Below, one piece after another: positions 9,152 through 17,381 of a stretch of DNA of 64,000 nucleotides. The DNA comes from Oceanispirochaeta sp. (GTDB lineage: Bacteria > Spirochaetota > Spirochaetia > DSM-2461): positions 832,001 to 896,000 of the forward strand of contig CAXXXD010000004.1 in NCBI GenBank assembly GCA_963663385.2. The letters run 5' to 3'. The notes beneath the pieces are model-generated. The model saw only the letters and a list, made by a program, of their open reading frames with translations, was not told the DNA's origin and searched no databases. Position 1 is the stretch's first letter. Each line of letters opens with the position of its first letter. Made by a program: the position numbers and the translations under genes.

Positions 9152-10170
9152 GTTTTATGGAGAGTCCTGACGAAAAAAAACTGCTTATAATGAAGATCCT
9201 CGGGGAAGAGGAACAACCCCTCTCCAGTCAGATAATTAAAGAGCGCCTGGAAGAGAGGGGAACCAAAATGAGTGAGCGGACAGTCCGTTTTCACATGCTG
9301 GCCCTGGATAAAGCGGGACTTACAGAATACAGGGAGAAGAAAGGGCGTTTTCTGACCTCTCTGGGGTATAAGGAACTGTCAAGGACGCAGGTGTATGAAC
9401 GGGTCGGGTTCCTCTCCGCAAGGATTGATGAGCTGTCCTACCAGATGAATTTTGACTGGAAGAAACGGAGAGGAAGCGTTCTGGTAAACGTCAGCCTGAT
9501 ACCTCAGGAGAAAAGCTCTATTGTTTATCATATGATAGCTCCTGTTTTTGAATCGGGGCTTACTATGGGACGCAAGGTCATTATCTTCCGTTCGGGAGAA
9601 AAAATAGGGGATTTTGAAATTCCTTCCGGATATTTCGGTTTTGGTACTGTAAGTTCCATTACTTTAAATGGAATTCTGCTGCGTTCAGGAATCCCTGTAA
9701 AATCCCTATTCGGGGGACTTCTGGAGGTCCGGGGCAGCCGGCCTGACCGATTTGCCGCCATTATTAATTATGATGGCACAAGCCTTGATCCTCTGGAGAT
9801 ATACATAAACAGTGGTATGACCCGCTGTAAAAATGCTGCGGAGGCAGGATTCGGGACAGTCGGAGCCAGTTTCAGAGAGATACCTGCAGCCAGTCTGGAT
9901 CAGGTTATGGATATTAATGAGGGCATGATTGATATGGGGCTGGGAGGCATTCTGAAGATAGGATATTCAGGGCATGCTCTGCTGGATATCCCTGTAGCGG
10001 ACAATCGGATCGGAATGGTTACGGCAGGAGGACTGAATTCCGTATCCGCTCTGGTAGAATCGGGCATACCCGTTAAACCCAAAGTCCAGTCCGGTCTGAT
10101 AGATTTCAACAGGCTGATTCCCTATAATGACCTTTTCGGGGAGCTGCAGAAGATCCGCAGCGGCCGCTGA
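9148..10170 (+). CDS. nrpR: NrpR-family nitrogen regulator (winged HTH + DUF128/NRD domain)
   Basis: MSERTVRFHM wHTH; GTVSSITLNGILLRSGIPV, YDGTSLDPLEI, ASFREIP, GGLN motifs of NRD; start may be ATG 9157. Confidence 0.85.
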   Translation: MSFMESPDEKKLLIMKILGEEEQPLSSQIIKERLEERGTKMSERTVRFHMLALDKAGLTEYREKKGRFLTSLGYKELSRTQVYERVGFLSARIDELSYQMNFDWKKRRGSVLVNVSLIPQEKSSIVYHMIAPVFESGLTMGRKVIIFRSGEKIGDFEIPSGYFGFGTVSSITLNGILLRSGIPVKSLFGGLLEVRGSRPDRFAAIINYDGTSLDPLEIYINSGMTRCKNAAEAGFGTVGASFREIPAASLDQVMDINEGMIDMGLGGILKIGYSGHALLDIPVADNRIGMVTAGGLNSVSALVESGIPVKPKVQSGLIDFNRLIPYNDLFGELQKIRSGR

Positions 10171-10172
10171 GC

Positions 10173-12020
10173 TTACAGTTCTTTAAGAATCAACTCGCGG
10201 ATTTCTCCCGTTTCCAGGTGAGTCAGGCTGCGGTGCAGGCCTGCATCAATCCCCTCAGTCCAGGTCTGGGTTATCTGAAGAGTATCCCCATGGGAAACCA
10301 GCAGTATCTTTTCGTTGCAGTACTCTTCTTCCAGCTGACGGATTAGAATCCTGACCCGTTCCTGAACTTCCTCAGGGCTTTCCACACCGTACTCCGTATT
10401 CCTGTCGTTCTTTTCATCCATCTGCCAGACCATCTTGTAGTAGATGTCCTCTTTTCCGTCATAGCGGCCGAAAAAGCGTTCCCTCAGGAGTACCGATGTC
10501 CGGGGCGGTTTTGTTTTAAGTACTTTAGCCGCTACATCTGCGGTTTCTCTGGCCCTGAGGAAATCTGATGAAATAATTATGGTAGAGCTGTCCAGTTCAT
10601 TCTGATTTTGCAGGGACTCCCGTATCTGCTTTTCACCCTCCCGGGTCAGGCCGTAGTTATTGAGCCCGTTGCTGAAGTGACTGACAATAATACCCTGATT
10701 ATTCGCCTCGCTTCTTCCGTGACGCATAACAAAATAGCGGTTATGCCAATTGGACAATTCCCCCAGAAAATTCTGGAGGGTTTCTTCCAGCAGGGGCAGT
10801 TCGTGTTTTCCCTTTTTGTATGTTCTTCGTCTTACAACAGATGAGAGTATATGGGCTGTGGAGCGGGGTTTATACCGGCTGAGGGTTTCACTGTAGAAAT
10901 CTTCCAGTTTTCCCGTACAAATGGAAATGGAATACTCTTCAGCCTTTAAACTGGCTTCCTTCTTTTTTTTGGCATAAAGGTCCGGGTTTTCCATCAGATC
11001 CAGAACCGTCCGGCTGAATACTTCGGGATCTTCCGGGACAGGGAAACCACCCTTACCGTCTGTCATTACATCACCGATACCTAGAGCATCCACAACAACG
11101 GCAGGGATTCCGGAAGCCATAGCCTCCAGCAGCACAAGCCCCTGTGTTTCCGTAACAGACGCAAAAACAAAGAGATCCGATTGGTGAAATATCTCCATAA
11201 CCTCCTCGTGCGGACGGAAGCCGGCAAAACTGATGAATCCGGAAAGATCCTTCAATACAGCCTTCTCTTCCAGTTCCTCTCTGACAGCCCCGTCTCCCAG
11301 AAGGAGGAGATGGTAATTTTCACTGTTCATTTTATGAACAATCTGATCCATCACCTCAAGAAGAAAGGGGACGTTTTTCTCCCTGACTATCCGTCCTGCA
11401 TAGACAAGAATTTTCCTTCCCTCAGGGATTCCGAACTTTTCATGCAGATCATTCGTTTTGCTGTCGGAAAAATCCCCGGTCTTAATCCCTGAGGGAATAA
11501 TCCGGATAGGGCTGCGGGTACCGTATTGAATAAGAGCATCCTGAATCTTTTTGGTAGGCGCCACGATTCCGTCGCAGCGATTACAGAACAGGGATGAGTA
11601 ACGTTCGGCGGTCATCTTTGTATACCTGGAACCCAGGGGGACATAATGGACATAATCCGGCCAGAAGGTATGGTATGTATGGATATGAGGAATTTTCAGA
11701 TACCGGCTGATGGGGATTGCTTTGAGTCCCATGGACCCCGGAACATGGGAGTGTATCAGGTCTATATCCAGTTGCCTGAGTTTTTGTATGATGCTGCCGT
11801 ATCCCCTGGATACCTGAAATTCCTTAATTGCCCTGATGGGAAACCCTGTCGAAGGAAAACGAAAAACATTTTCTTCTGAAGATTGACTCGAATTGAAATC
11901 GGGGGCAAGAATATATACTTCATGCCCCCTTCGGATCAGTTCCTCCGCAGAGGAGCGGATGGAAGTAACGACTCCATTAATCTGGGGAGTATAGGTATCG
12001 GTTAACATGGCTATCTTCAT
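10173..12020 (-). CDS. GT4 glycosyltransferase fused to C-terminal histidine phosphatase (PGM-like)
   Basis: TDTYTPQINGVVTS, GRIVREKN, ETQGLVLLE (EX7E); C-terminal MRHG, SDFLRA, LRERFFG, LVSHGD. Confidence 0.9.
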   Translation of the reverse strand: MKIAMLTDTYTPQINGVVTSIRSSAEELIRRGHEVYILAPDFNSSQSSEENVFRFPSTGFPIRAIKEFQVSRGYGSIIQKLRQLDIDLIHSHVPGSMGLKAIPISRYLKIPHIHTYHTFWPDYVHYVPLGSRYTKMTAERYSSLFCNRCDGIVAPTKKIQDALIQYGTRSPIRIIPSGIKTGDFSDSKTNDLHEKFGIPEGRKILVYAGRIVREKNVPFLLEVMDQIVHKMNSENYHLLLLGDGAVREELEEKAVLKDLSGFISFAGFRPHEEVMEIFHQSDLFVFASVTETQGLVLLEAMASGIPAVVVDALGIGDVMTDGKGGFPVPEDPEVFSRTVLDLMENPDLYAKKKKEASLKAEEYSISICTGKLEDFYSETLSRYKPRSTAHILSSVVRRRTYKKGKHELPLLEETLQNFLGELSNWHNRYFVMRHGRSEANNQGIIVSHFSNGLNNYGLTREGEKQIRESLQNQNELDSSTIIISSDFLRARETADVAAKVLKTKPPRTSVLLRERFFGRYDGKEDIYYKMVWQMDEKNDRNTEYGVESPEEVQERVRILIRQLEEEYCNEKILLVSHGDTLQITQTWTEGIDAGLHRSLTHLETGEIRELILKEL

Positions 12021-12101
12021 ATTTCAACTCTCTATGGGATTTTTTCCCGGAAGGATTTTTTCTGTTAAATTACTTATTTATACAGTTTTCCGGGGCAAAA
12101 G

Positions 12102-13478
12102 TCAGTAGGCATTTTTATTGATGAATCCGTTCACTAGGGTAAGCAGAAGTATTTTGATATCCAGAAAAAAGCTCCAGTTCCTGATATAGTACATATCGAA
12201 CTCGATTCTTTTTTTCAGACTGGTATTCCCTCTCCAGCCGTTTACCTGAGCCCATCCGGTAATGCCGGCGGGCATCTTGTGACGCAGCATATAACCGGGG
12301 ATTTCATCTTTGAAATCCTTGATCAGTTCCGGCCGTTCCGGCCGTGGCCCTACCAGACTCATGGTTCCGGTCAGCACATTCCATAACTGGGGCAGTTCAT
12401 CAATGGAGGTTTTACGGATGAAAGTCCCAAAACGGGTTTTACGGGGATCATTTTCCGTTGTCCAGGTAAAACCTTTTTCTTTGTCAGCTCCCTGACGCAT
12501 GGACCGGAACTTCCACATTTTGAAAATTCTGCCGTTTGTTGTCATCCTTTCCTGTCCATAGAACACCGGTCCGGGGGATGTCAGCTTGACCAGAAGGGCA
12601 ATAATAAGGAGGAGGGGCGAAAGAAGGATTAATCCGACACCTGCTCCGAAAATGTCCAGCAGCCTTTTGGATATCAGGGAAAAATGCCCCTGAGTGGGGG
12701 TATTGATATTTATCAGGGGAACACCGTGGAAATCTTCAATTCTGGCCCCCAGGAGGGTGTAGTTTACCTGGGGAATCAGGATTATGGGAGTTACCTGGTT
12801 GTAGTGAGTTTTAATATATTTCTCCTGACGGCGTACCTTTTTGCCGGAATAGCCCAGAACGATATTATGGGGTTTGAGTCTTTCCACAGCCTCGTCAGCT
12901 TCATCGGCTGTATAGGAGGGGATACCCATTTCATCAGCCTTCCCTTTGGAGTCCGCCCAGCCGATAATCTTCATCCCTGTGGACGGGGTATCTATGATTT
13001 TATTAATAAAACGCTCCACATGTCTGCCCCGGCCTATGACAAAAAGGTTCTGAATCCTTTTTCCCCTTATCCGTTCCATTATTAAATGGTTGCGGAAAGC
13101 GATCCTGTTGGCAGTGAGGAATACCTGGCAGAATAAAAAGAAGAGGATCAGGGTCAGACGGGATATTCGTTCTGATTGAATATTGTATCCTGTCAGGATG
13201 AAAAAAAGCTGTATCTGAAGGTTTACAACCAGAAGACGGGAGAAATCCTTATGCCAGGCCCTTAGTGTGTTACTGGCGTAGAGCCTTTCCCTGTAAAGCA
13301 GAATGGCTGCGGCAATGACAGGTATGGGTGTAAGGCGGAGGAATTTGTAAAAATCCTGAATATTCTGGGCCAGCAGTATGAATCTGACCGAAGTAGCCAG
13401 AACCCATGAAAATCCGACGATCAGCACATCAAAGGTAAAGTGTAGAAATAAATATGTTTTAGACTGTTGATTCAGCAT
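12102..13478 (-). CDS. Undecaprenyl-phosphate glucose phosphotransferase (WcaJ-like)
   Basis: 4 N-terminal TM helices; [42 protein letters not shown]. Confidence 0.93.
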   Translation of the reverse strand: MLNQQSKTYLFLHFTFDVLIVGFSWVLATSVRFILLAQNIQDFYKFLRLTPIPVIAAAILLYRERLYASNTLRAWHKDFSRLLVVNLQIQLFFILTGYNIQSERISRLTLILFFLFCQVFLTANRIAFRNHLIMERIRGKRIQNLFVIGRGRHVERFINKIIDTPSTGMKIIGWADSKGKADEMGIPSYTADEADEAVERLKPHNIVLGYSGKKVRRQEKYIKTHYNQVTPIILIPQVNYTLLGARIEDFHGVPLININTPTQGHFSLISKRLLDIFGAGVGLILLSPLLLIIALLVKLTSPGPVFYGQERMTTNGRIFKMWKFRSMRQGADKEKGFTWTTENDPRKTRFGTFIRKTSIDELPQLWNVLTGTMSLVGPRPERPELIKDFKDEIPGYMLRHKMPAGITGWAQVNGWRGNTSLKKRIEFDMYYIRNWSFFLDIKILLLTLVNGFINKNAY

Positions 13479-13615
13479 CTTCTGTTTGTTCCGTTTTAGT
13501 TATATTTGTTTAATAAAATAACACGATTCCCTGTATAAAATGTTACAAAAAAAAGTCCGTTATTTGTTTTTTTTGTGTTTTTAAACAGTATAGTTTATTA
13601 AAGGAGGCTTTGCCT

Positions 13616-14344
13616 TTGTGTTTCAGTGTTTCTTTAACAAAATCCGCTTTTGAACGGGATCCGCGTTTTCATTACCTCCTGGAGGAGTATACGGAAGGAA
13701 GTGGGTATCATTATTTCGGTTTTGATTTTCCTTCTCTTCCTGTCCTGCAGTCTGAATATCCCGACAGAGCCGTTCAGGCTTGCTGGGGATTGATCCCCCA
13801 TTGGGCCGATACAGTGGAGAAAGCCCGATCCATACGCTCAAAAACCCTGAATGCCAGGGGAGAAACGTTAGGGGAAAAGCCGTCTTTCCGCAGCAGTTGG
13901 CCCGGGAAACGCTGCCTGCTTCCGGTGGAGGGATTTTTCGGTTATCACAGGGATGAGTCGGGTAAGACCCCCTGGTATATAGCCCGGAAAGACAAAAAAC
14001 CTTTCTATCTGGGAGGCATATACCAGACTTGTCCGAAGGGGTTGGAGGGATTCCCGCTCCTAACTTTTTCTCTCATTACAGTTCCCGCAGTAGGGCTGAT
14101 GGCGGAAGTTCATAATGAAAAGCCCCGTATGCCGCTTATTCTGACAGGAGAAGCTGCTGAGTACTGGCTGGACCTTTCCGTTCCGGCCCCGGTTCCCCTG
14201 GAGCTGGGAAAAGGAATATCCCAGAGGGAACTGCATGCCTGGCCGGTGGATCCAGACGTTTTTAACAGCCATAGAGATACTCCCCGGGTTCGTCAGGGGA
14301 TAGCAAGATGGAACCAAAGCCGGCTTTTTCCTGATAATCCTTGA
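13616..14344 (+). CDS. SRAP-family (YedK/HMCES) abasic-site protein
   Basis: GGAGG 13603-13607 sits 8 nt before TTG 13616, giving Met-Cys; WGLIPHW, TLNARGE, RCLLP, H...RMP. Confidence 0.88.
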   Translation: MCFSVSLTKSAFERDPRFHYLLEEYTEGSGYHYFGFDFPSLPVLQSEYPDRAVQACWGLIPHWADTVEKARSIRSKTLNARGETLGEKPSFRSSWPGKRCLLPVEGFFGYHRDESGKTPWYIARKDKKPFYLGGIYQTCPKGLEGFPLLTFSLITVPAVGLMAEVHNEKPRMPLILTGEAAEYWLDLSVPAPVPLELGKGISQRELHAWPVDPDVFNSHRDTPRVRQGIARWNQSRLFPDNP

Positions 14345-14379
14345 CTTATATAAACGCTGATGTACCTTTTGATAAAGGT

Positions 14380-14407
14380 ATAACCATACCTGAACATTCT
14401 TCTAACA
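14380..14407 (+). promoter_or_regulatory. Candidate Pho box (three direct repeats, 11-bp period)
   Basis: ATAACC / TGAACA / CTAACA starting at 14380, 14391, 14402, upstream of alkaline phosphatase. Confidence 0.45.
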
Positions 14408-14458
14408 GGAACAGCTTATTTTTAAGCTCAGAAATCAAAGCTATTTTTGGGAGTAAAA

Positions 14459-15940
14459 ATGAAGAAAGTAAATCGTATCAAGGGGTTGGCCCTCGTTTTG
14501 TTTCTGCTGGTTTCTTCAGCAGTAATCGGGGAAGGTCAGAAGGAAGCAGCAGAGGCTGTTGTGGAAGAGTCTGTCAGTCCGGCTAAATATGTCTTCCTTT
14601 TTATCGGAGATGGAATGGCAATGCCCCAGATCAATGCGGCTGAAGCCTATCTGAATGAGAAAAACGGTTCCGCCATCGGCGTAAAGCAGCTGAATTTTAC
14701 CCGGTTTCCTGCTCAGGGGCTGACAACAACCTATGACGCCGGATCTTTCATCACCGATTCCGCTTCAGCCGGTACTGCTATTGCCACCGGTAACAAGACC
14801 CTCTCCGGCGTTATCAACATGGATGTTTCCAGGACCATTGAATACCCGACCATTGCGGAAATGGCAAAAGCCGCCGGTAAAAAGGTCGGTATCATCTCTT
14901 CGGTAGACCTGGATCATGCCACTCCTGCCTGTTTCTATGCTCATCAGCCCACAAGAAACAATTACTACGAAATTGGAGTACAGGCTGTTAACTCGGAGGT
15001 AGACTACTTCGGCGGCGGCAACTTCAGATTGGGAAAAACTCCCGAAGGAAAACCTGCTGTTCACGATCTGATGGCAGAAGCCGGATGGACCATGGCCGGC
15101 AGTAAATCTGATCTGAACAGTCTCGGTGCGGGAACTGAAAAAGTCTATGCCTACACCAAAGGCTTTACCGGAGATGCTCTTCCCTACGATCTGGACAGAA
15201 CGGATGATGAAATCTCTCTGGCTGAGTTTACTGCCAAAGGTATTGAACTGCTGGATAACGAAGAAGGTTTTTTTATTATGGTGGAAGGGGGAAAAATAGA
15301 CTGGGCCTGCCATGCGAACGATGCCGCTTCCTCCATCCATGATACTATTGCTTTTGACAATGCTGTGGCAGAAGCCATCCGGTTTTACAATCGGCATCCC
15401 GATGAAACTGTGATTATTGTAACCGGAGACCATGAAACCGGAGGACTGGCGCTTGGATTCGCCGGAACAAAATATGATTCCGCTTTCGAAAAAATCGACG
15501 GACAGAGTATGTCTTACGAAGCTTTTGATGAATACGTGATTGCTCCCTACAAGGCAAGTCACAGTGCTGCGGATGCCAGACTATCCGATCTGATACCCGA
15601 AATCCGGAAGGCCTTCGGAGTTTCCGAGTTCTCGGATCTGGAAATGAAAAAACTGGAAGATGCGTTTGCTCAGTCCATGATGGACAAAGGTTCCAGAGAT
15701 TCCAGTGAGGAAGCATACCTTCTGTACGGTGGATACGAGCCGCTTTCGGTTACTCTGACTCACATTATGAATCAGCAGGCCGGTCTGGCATGGACTTCCT
15801 ACTCCCATACCGGAGTACCTGTTTCAACCTTCGCCATAGGCGTAGGACAGGATATGTTCAACGGATACTATGATAATACTGACATTTTTAAAAAAGTGTC
15901 TGAAATCATGGGGCTGAATGCCAAAGTCGCTATGAAATAG
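14459..15940 (+). CDS. phoA: Alkaline phosphatase (PhoA family)
   Basis: FIGDGM, TDSASAGTA (catalytic Ser), HATPA, MVEGGKIDWACH, VTGDHETGG, HT; signal peptide. Confidence 0.95.
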   Translation: MKKVNRIKGLALVLFLLVSSAVIGEGQKEAAEAVVEESVSPAKYVFLFIGDGMAMPQINAAEAYLNEKNGSAIGVKQLNFTRFPAQGLTTTYDAGSFITDSASAGTAIATGNKTLSGVINMDVSRTIEYPTIAEMAKAAGKKVGIISSVDLDHATPACFYAHQPTRNNYYEIGVQAVNSEVDYFGGGNFRLGKTPEGKPAVHDLMAEAGWTMAGSKSDLNSLGAGTEKVYAYTKGFTGDALPYDLDRTDDEISLAEFTAKGIELLDNEEGFFIMVEGGKIDWACHANDAASSIHDTIAFDNAVAEAIRFYNRHPDETVIIVTGDHETGGLALGFAGTKYDSAFEKIDGQSMSYEAFDEYVIAPYKASHSAADARLSDLIPEIRKAFGVSEFSDLEMKKLEDAFAQSMMDKGSRDSSEEAYLLYGGYEPLSVTLTHIMNQQAGLAWTSYSHTGVPVSTFAIGVGQDMFNGYYDNTDIFKKVSEIMGLNAKVAMK

Positions 15941-15973
15941 GTAATTGAATCCGCTTTGTTGAAAAGATGGAGA

Positions 15974-15999
15974 GGCCCCGGTTTTATACCGGGGCTTTT
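15974..15999 (+). terminator. Intrinsic terminator hairpin
   Basis: GCCCCGG-ttttata-CCGGGGC followed by TTTT. Confidence 0.7.
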
Positions 16000-16034
16000 G
16001 CCTCTTGAAAGAGCCTCTAACAGGAGTTTATTTA

Positions 16035-17243
16035 ATGATATTTGCCCTCGAAACTGTAAAAAAACGGGATGTCGTTTTTGTTCTTGTCATCTCTGTCCTG
16101 GTGCTGATCCTATCCCTTGTCCCCACAGGGTTTAAGGAAAAAAAATCCCCCTTGTCCATGACGGTGCGTGGAAAGGTATTAAATGCTGACAATTCGGATG
16201 TACAGCAGTTCGGAATTGTCAAGCAGGGTGATCAGGGTGTTACCATCGAAGTTCTGAACGGTCCCTTTAAAGGGGAACAGGTAGACGCCAACAATATGCT
16301 TATCGGAAAACTGGAGCTGGATAAATTTTTCAAACCGGGAGATGTTGCCCTGGTTGTTCTGGATCTGAATCCTGAAAAAAACAGAATCCTTTATGCTTCG
16401 GTGATCGATCATTACAGATTGGGGGTGGAGACTATTCTTCTGGCCCTTTTCGGTGGTATTCTGATCCTGTTTGCCGGTTGGACCGGCATGAAAGCTATTG
16501 TCTCCTTTGCTTTTACCGCTGTTATGATCTGGCGGATTATGCTTCCCCAGTTCCTCAATAACTGGAATCCCATTCTGCTTTCTCTGGGAGTTGTTTCCAT
16601 CCTTACAGGGGTGATTATTTTTCTTATAGGGGGATTTAACAAACGGGGCGGCGTTGCATTCCTCGGGGCTTTTCTCGGAATCCTTCTGACCTGCGTGTTA
16701 TCCCTTATTTTTGGAGCGTTTTTTAACATACACGGTGCGGTCAGGCCTTTTTCTGAAACCCTGCTGTATTCAGGTTTTCCTCATCTGGATCTGCGGGCTA
16801 TTTTTCTGGCCGGGATATTCCTTGCTTCCAGCGGAGCTGTTATGGATATTGCCATGGATATTGCCGCCTCAATGAACGAAATCTATCAGAAACATCCGGA
16901 TATATCCCGCAGGGAACTGCTTAACTCCGGTATAAATGTGGGCCGGGCTGTGATAGGAACCATGACGACAACCCTGCTTCTGGCTTATACCGGCGGATAT
17001 ACCTCCATGTTTATGGTTTTTATTGCCCAGGGGACACCGACGGTCAATGTACTCAATCTTACTTATGTTTCTTCAGAAATCCTCCACACCCTGGTGGGCA
17101 GTTTCGGGCTGGTGCTGGTCGCTCCTCTTACGGCCGTCGCCGGGGCTGTGCTCTACCCGATGCATTTTAAAAATAGTGAAACTTTGAAATCCGGGAAAAC
17201 ATTAAAGGACTCCTCCGAAGACAGGAAGCTTCGTTATTCGTGA
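16035..17243 (+). CDS. YibE/F-family membrane protein
   Basis: GAVMDIAMDIA, GTMTTTLLLAY, GSFGLVLVAPLT; multiple TM helices; AGGAG before ATG 16035. Confidence 0.9.
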   Translation: MIFALETVKKRDVVFVLVISVLVLILSLVPTGFKEKKSPLSMTVRGKVLNADNSDVQQFGIVKQGDQGVTIEVLNGPFKGEQVDANNMLIGKLELDKFFKPGDVALVVLDLNPEKNRILYASVIDHYRLGVETILLALFGGILILFAGWTGMKAIVSFAFTAVMIWRIMLPQFLNNWNPILLSLGVVSILTGVIIFLIGGFNKRGGVAFLGAFLGILLTCVLSLIFGAFFNIHGAVRPFSETLLYSGFPHLDLRAIFLAGIFLASSGAVMDIAMDIAASMNEIYQKHPDISRRELLNSGINVGRAVIGTMTTTLLLAYTGGYTSMFMVFIAQGTPTVNVLNLTYVSSEILHTLVGSFGLVLVAPLTAVAGAVLYPMHFKNSETLKSGKTLKDSSEDRKLRYS

Positions 17244-17381
17244 TCCTGCTGATATTTCAGGCCGGGCTGTTCAATAATCTTTACAGCTGATTTTGCAAAT
17301 TGAAGTTGTCAGACCTTGCTCTGCGGAGCAAATGGCTCTATAATTATCTGATCAATCAGTCAAGAAATATAGAGGGGTGCT

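Noticed and set aside
12049..12062. GGAA-N6-TTTC near-match to the archaeal NrpR operator
   Set aside because: One mismatch, upstream of a glycosyltransferase with no nitrogen role; GGAA/TTCC words are very frequent in this sequence
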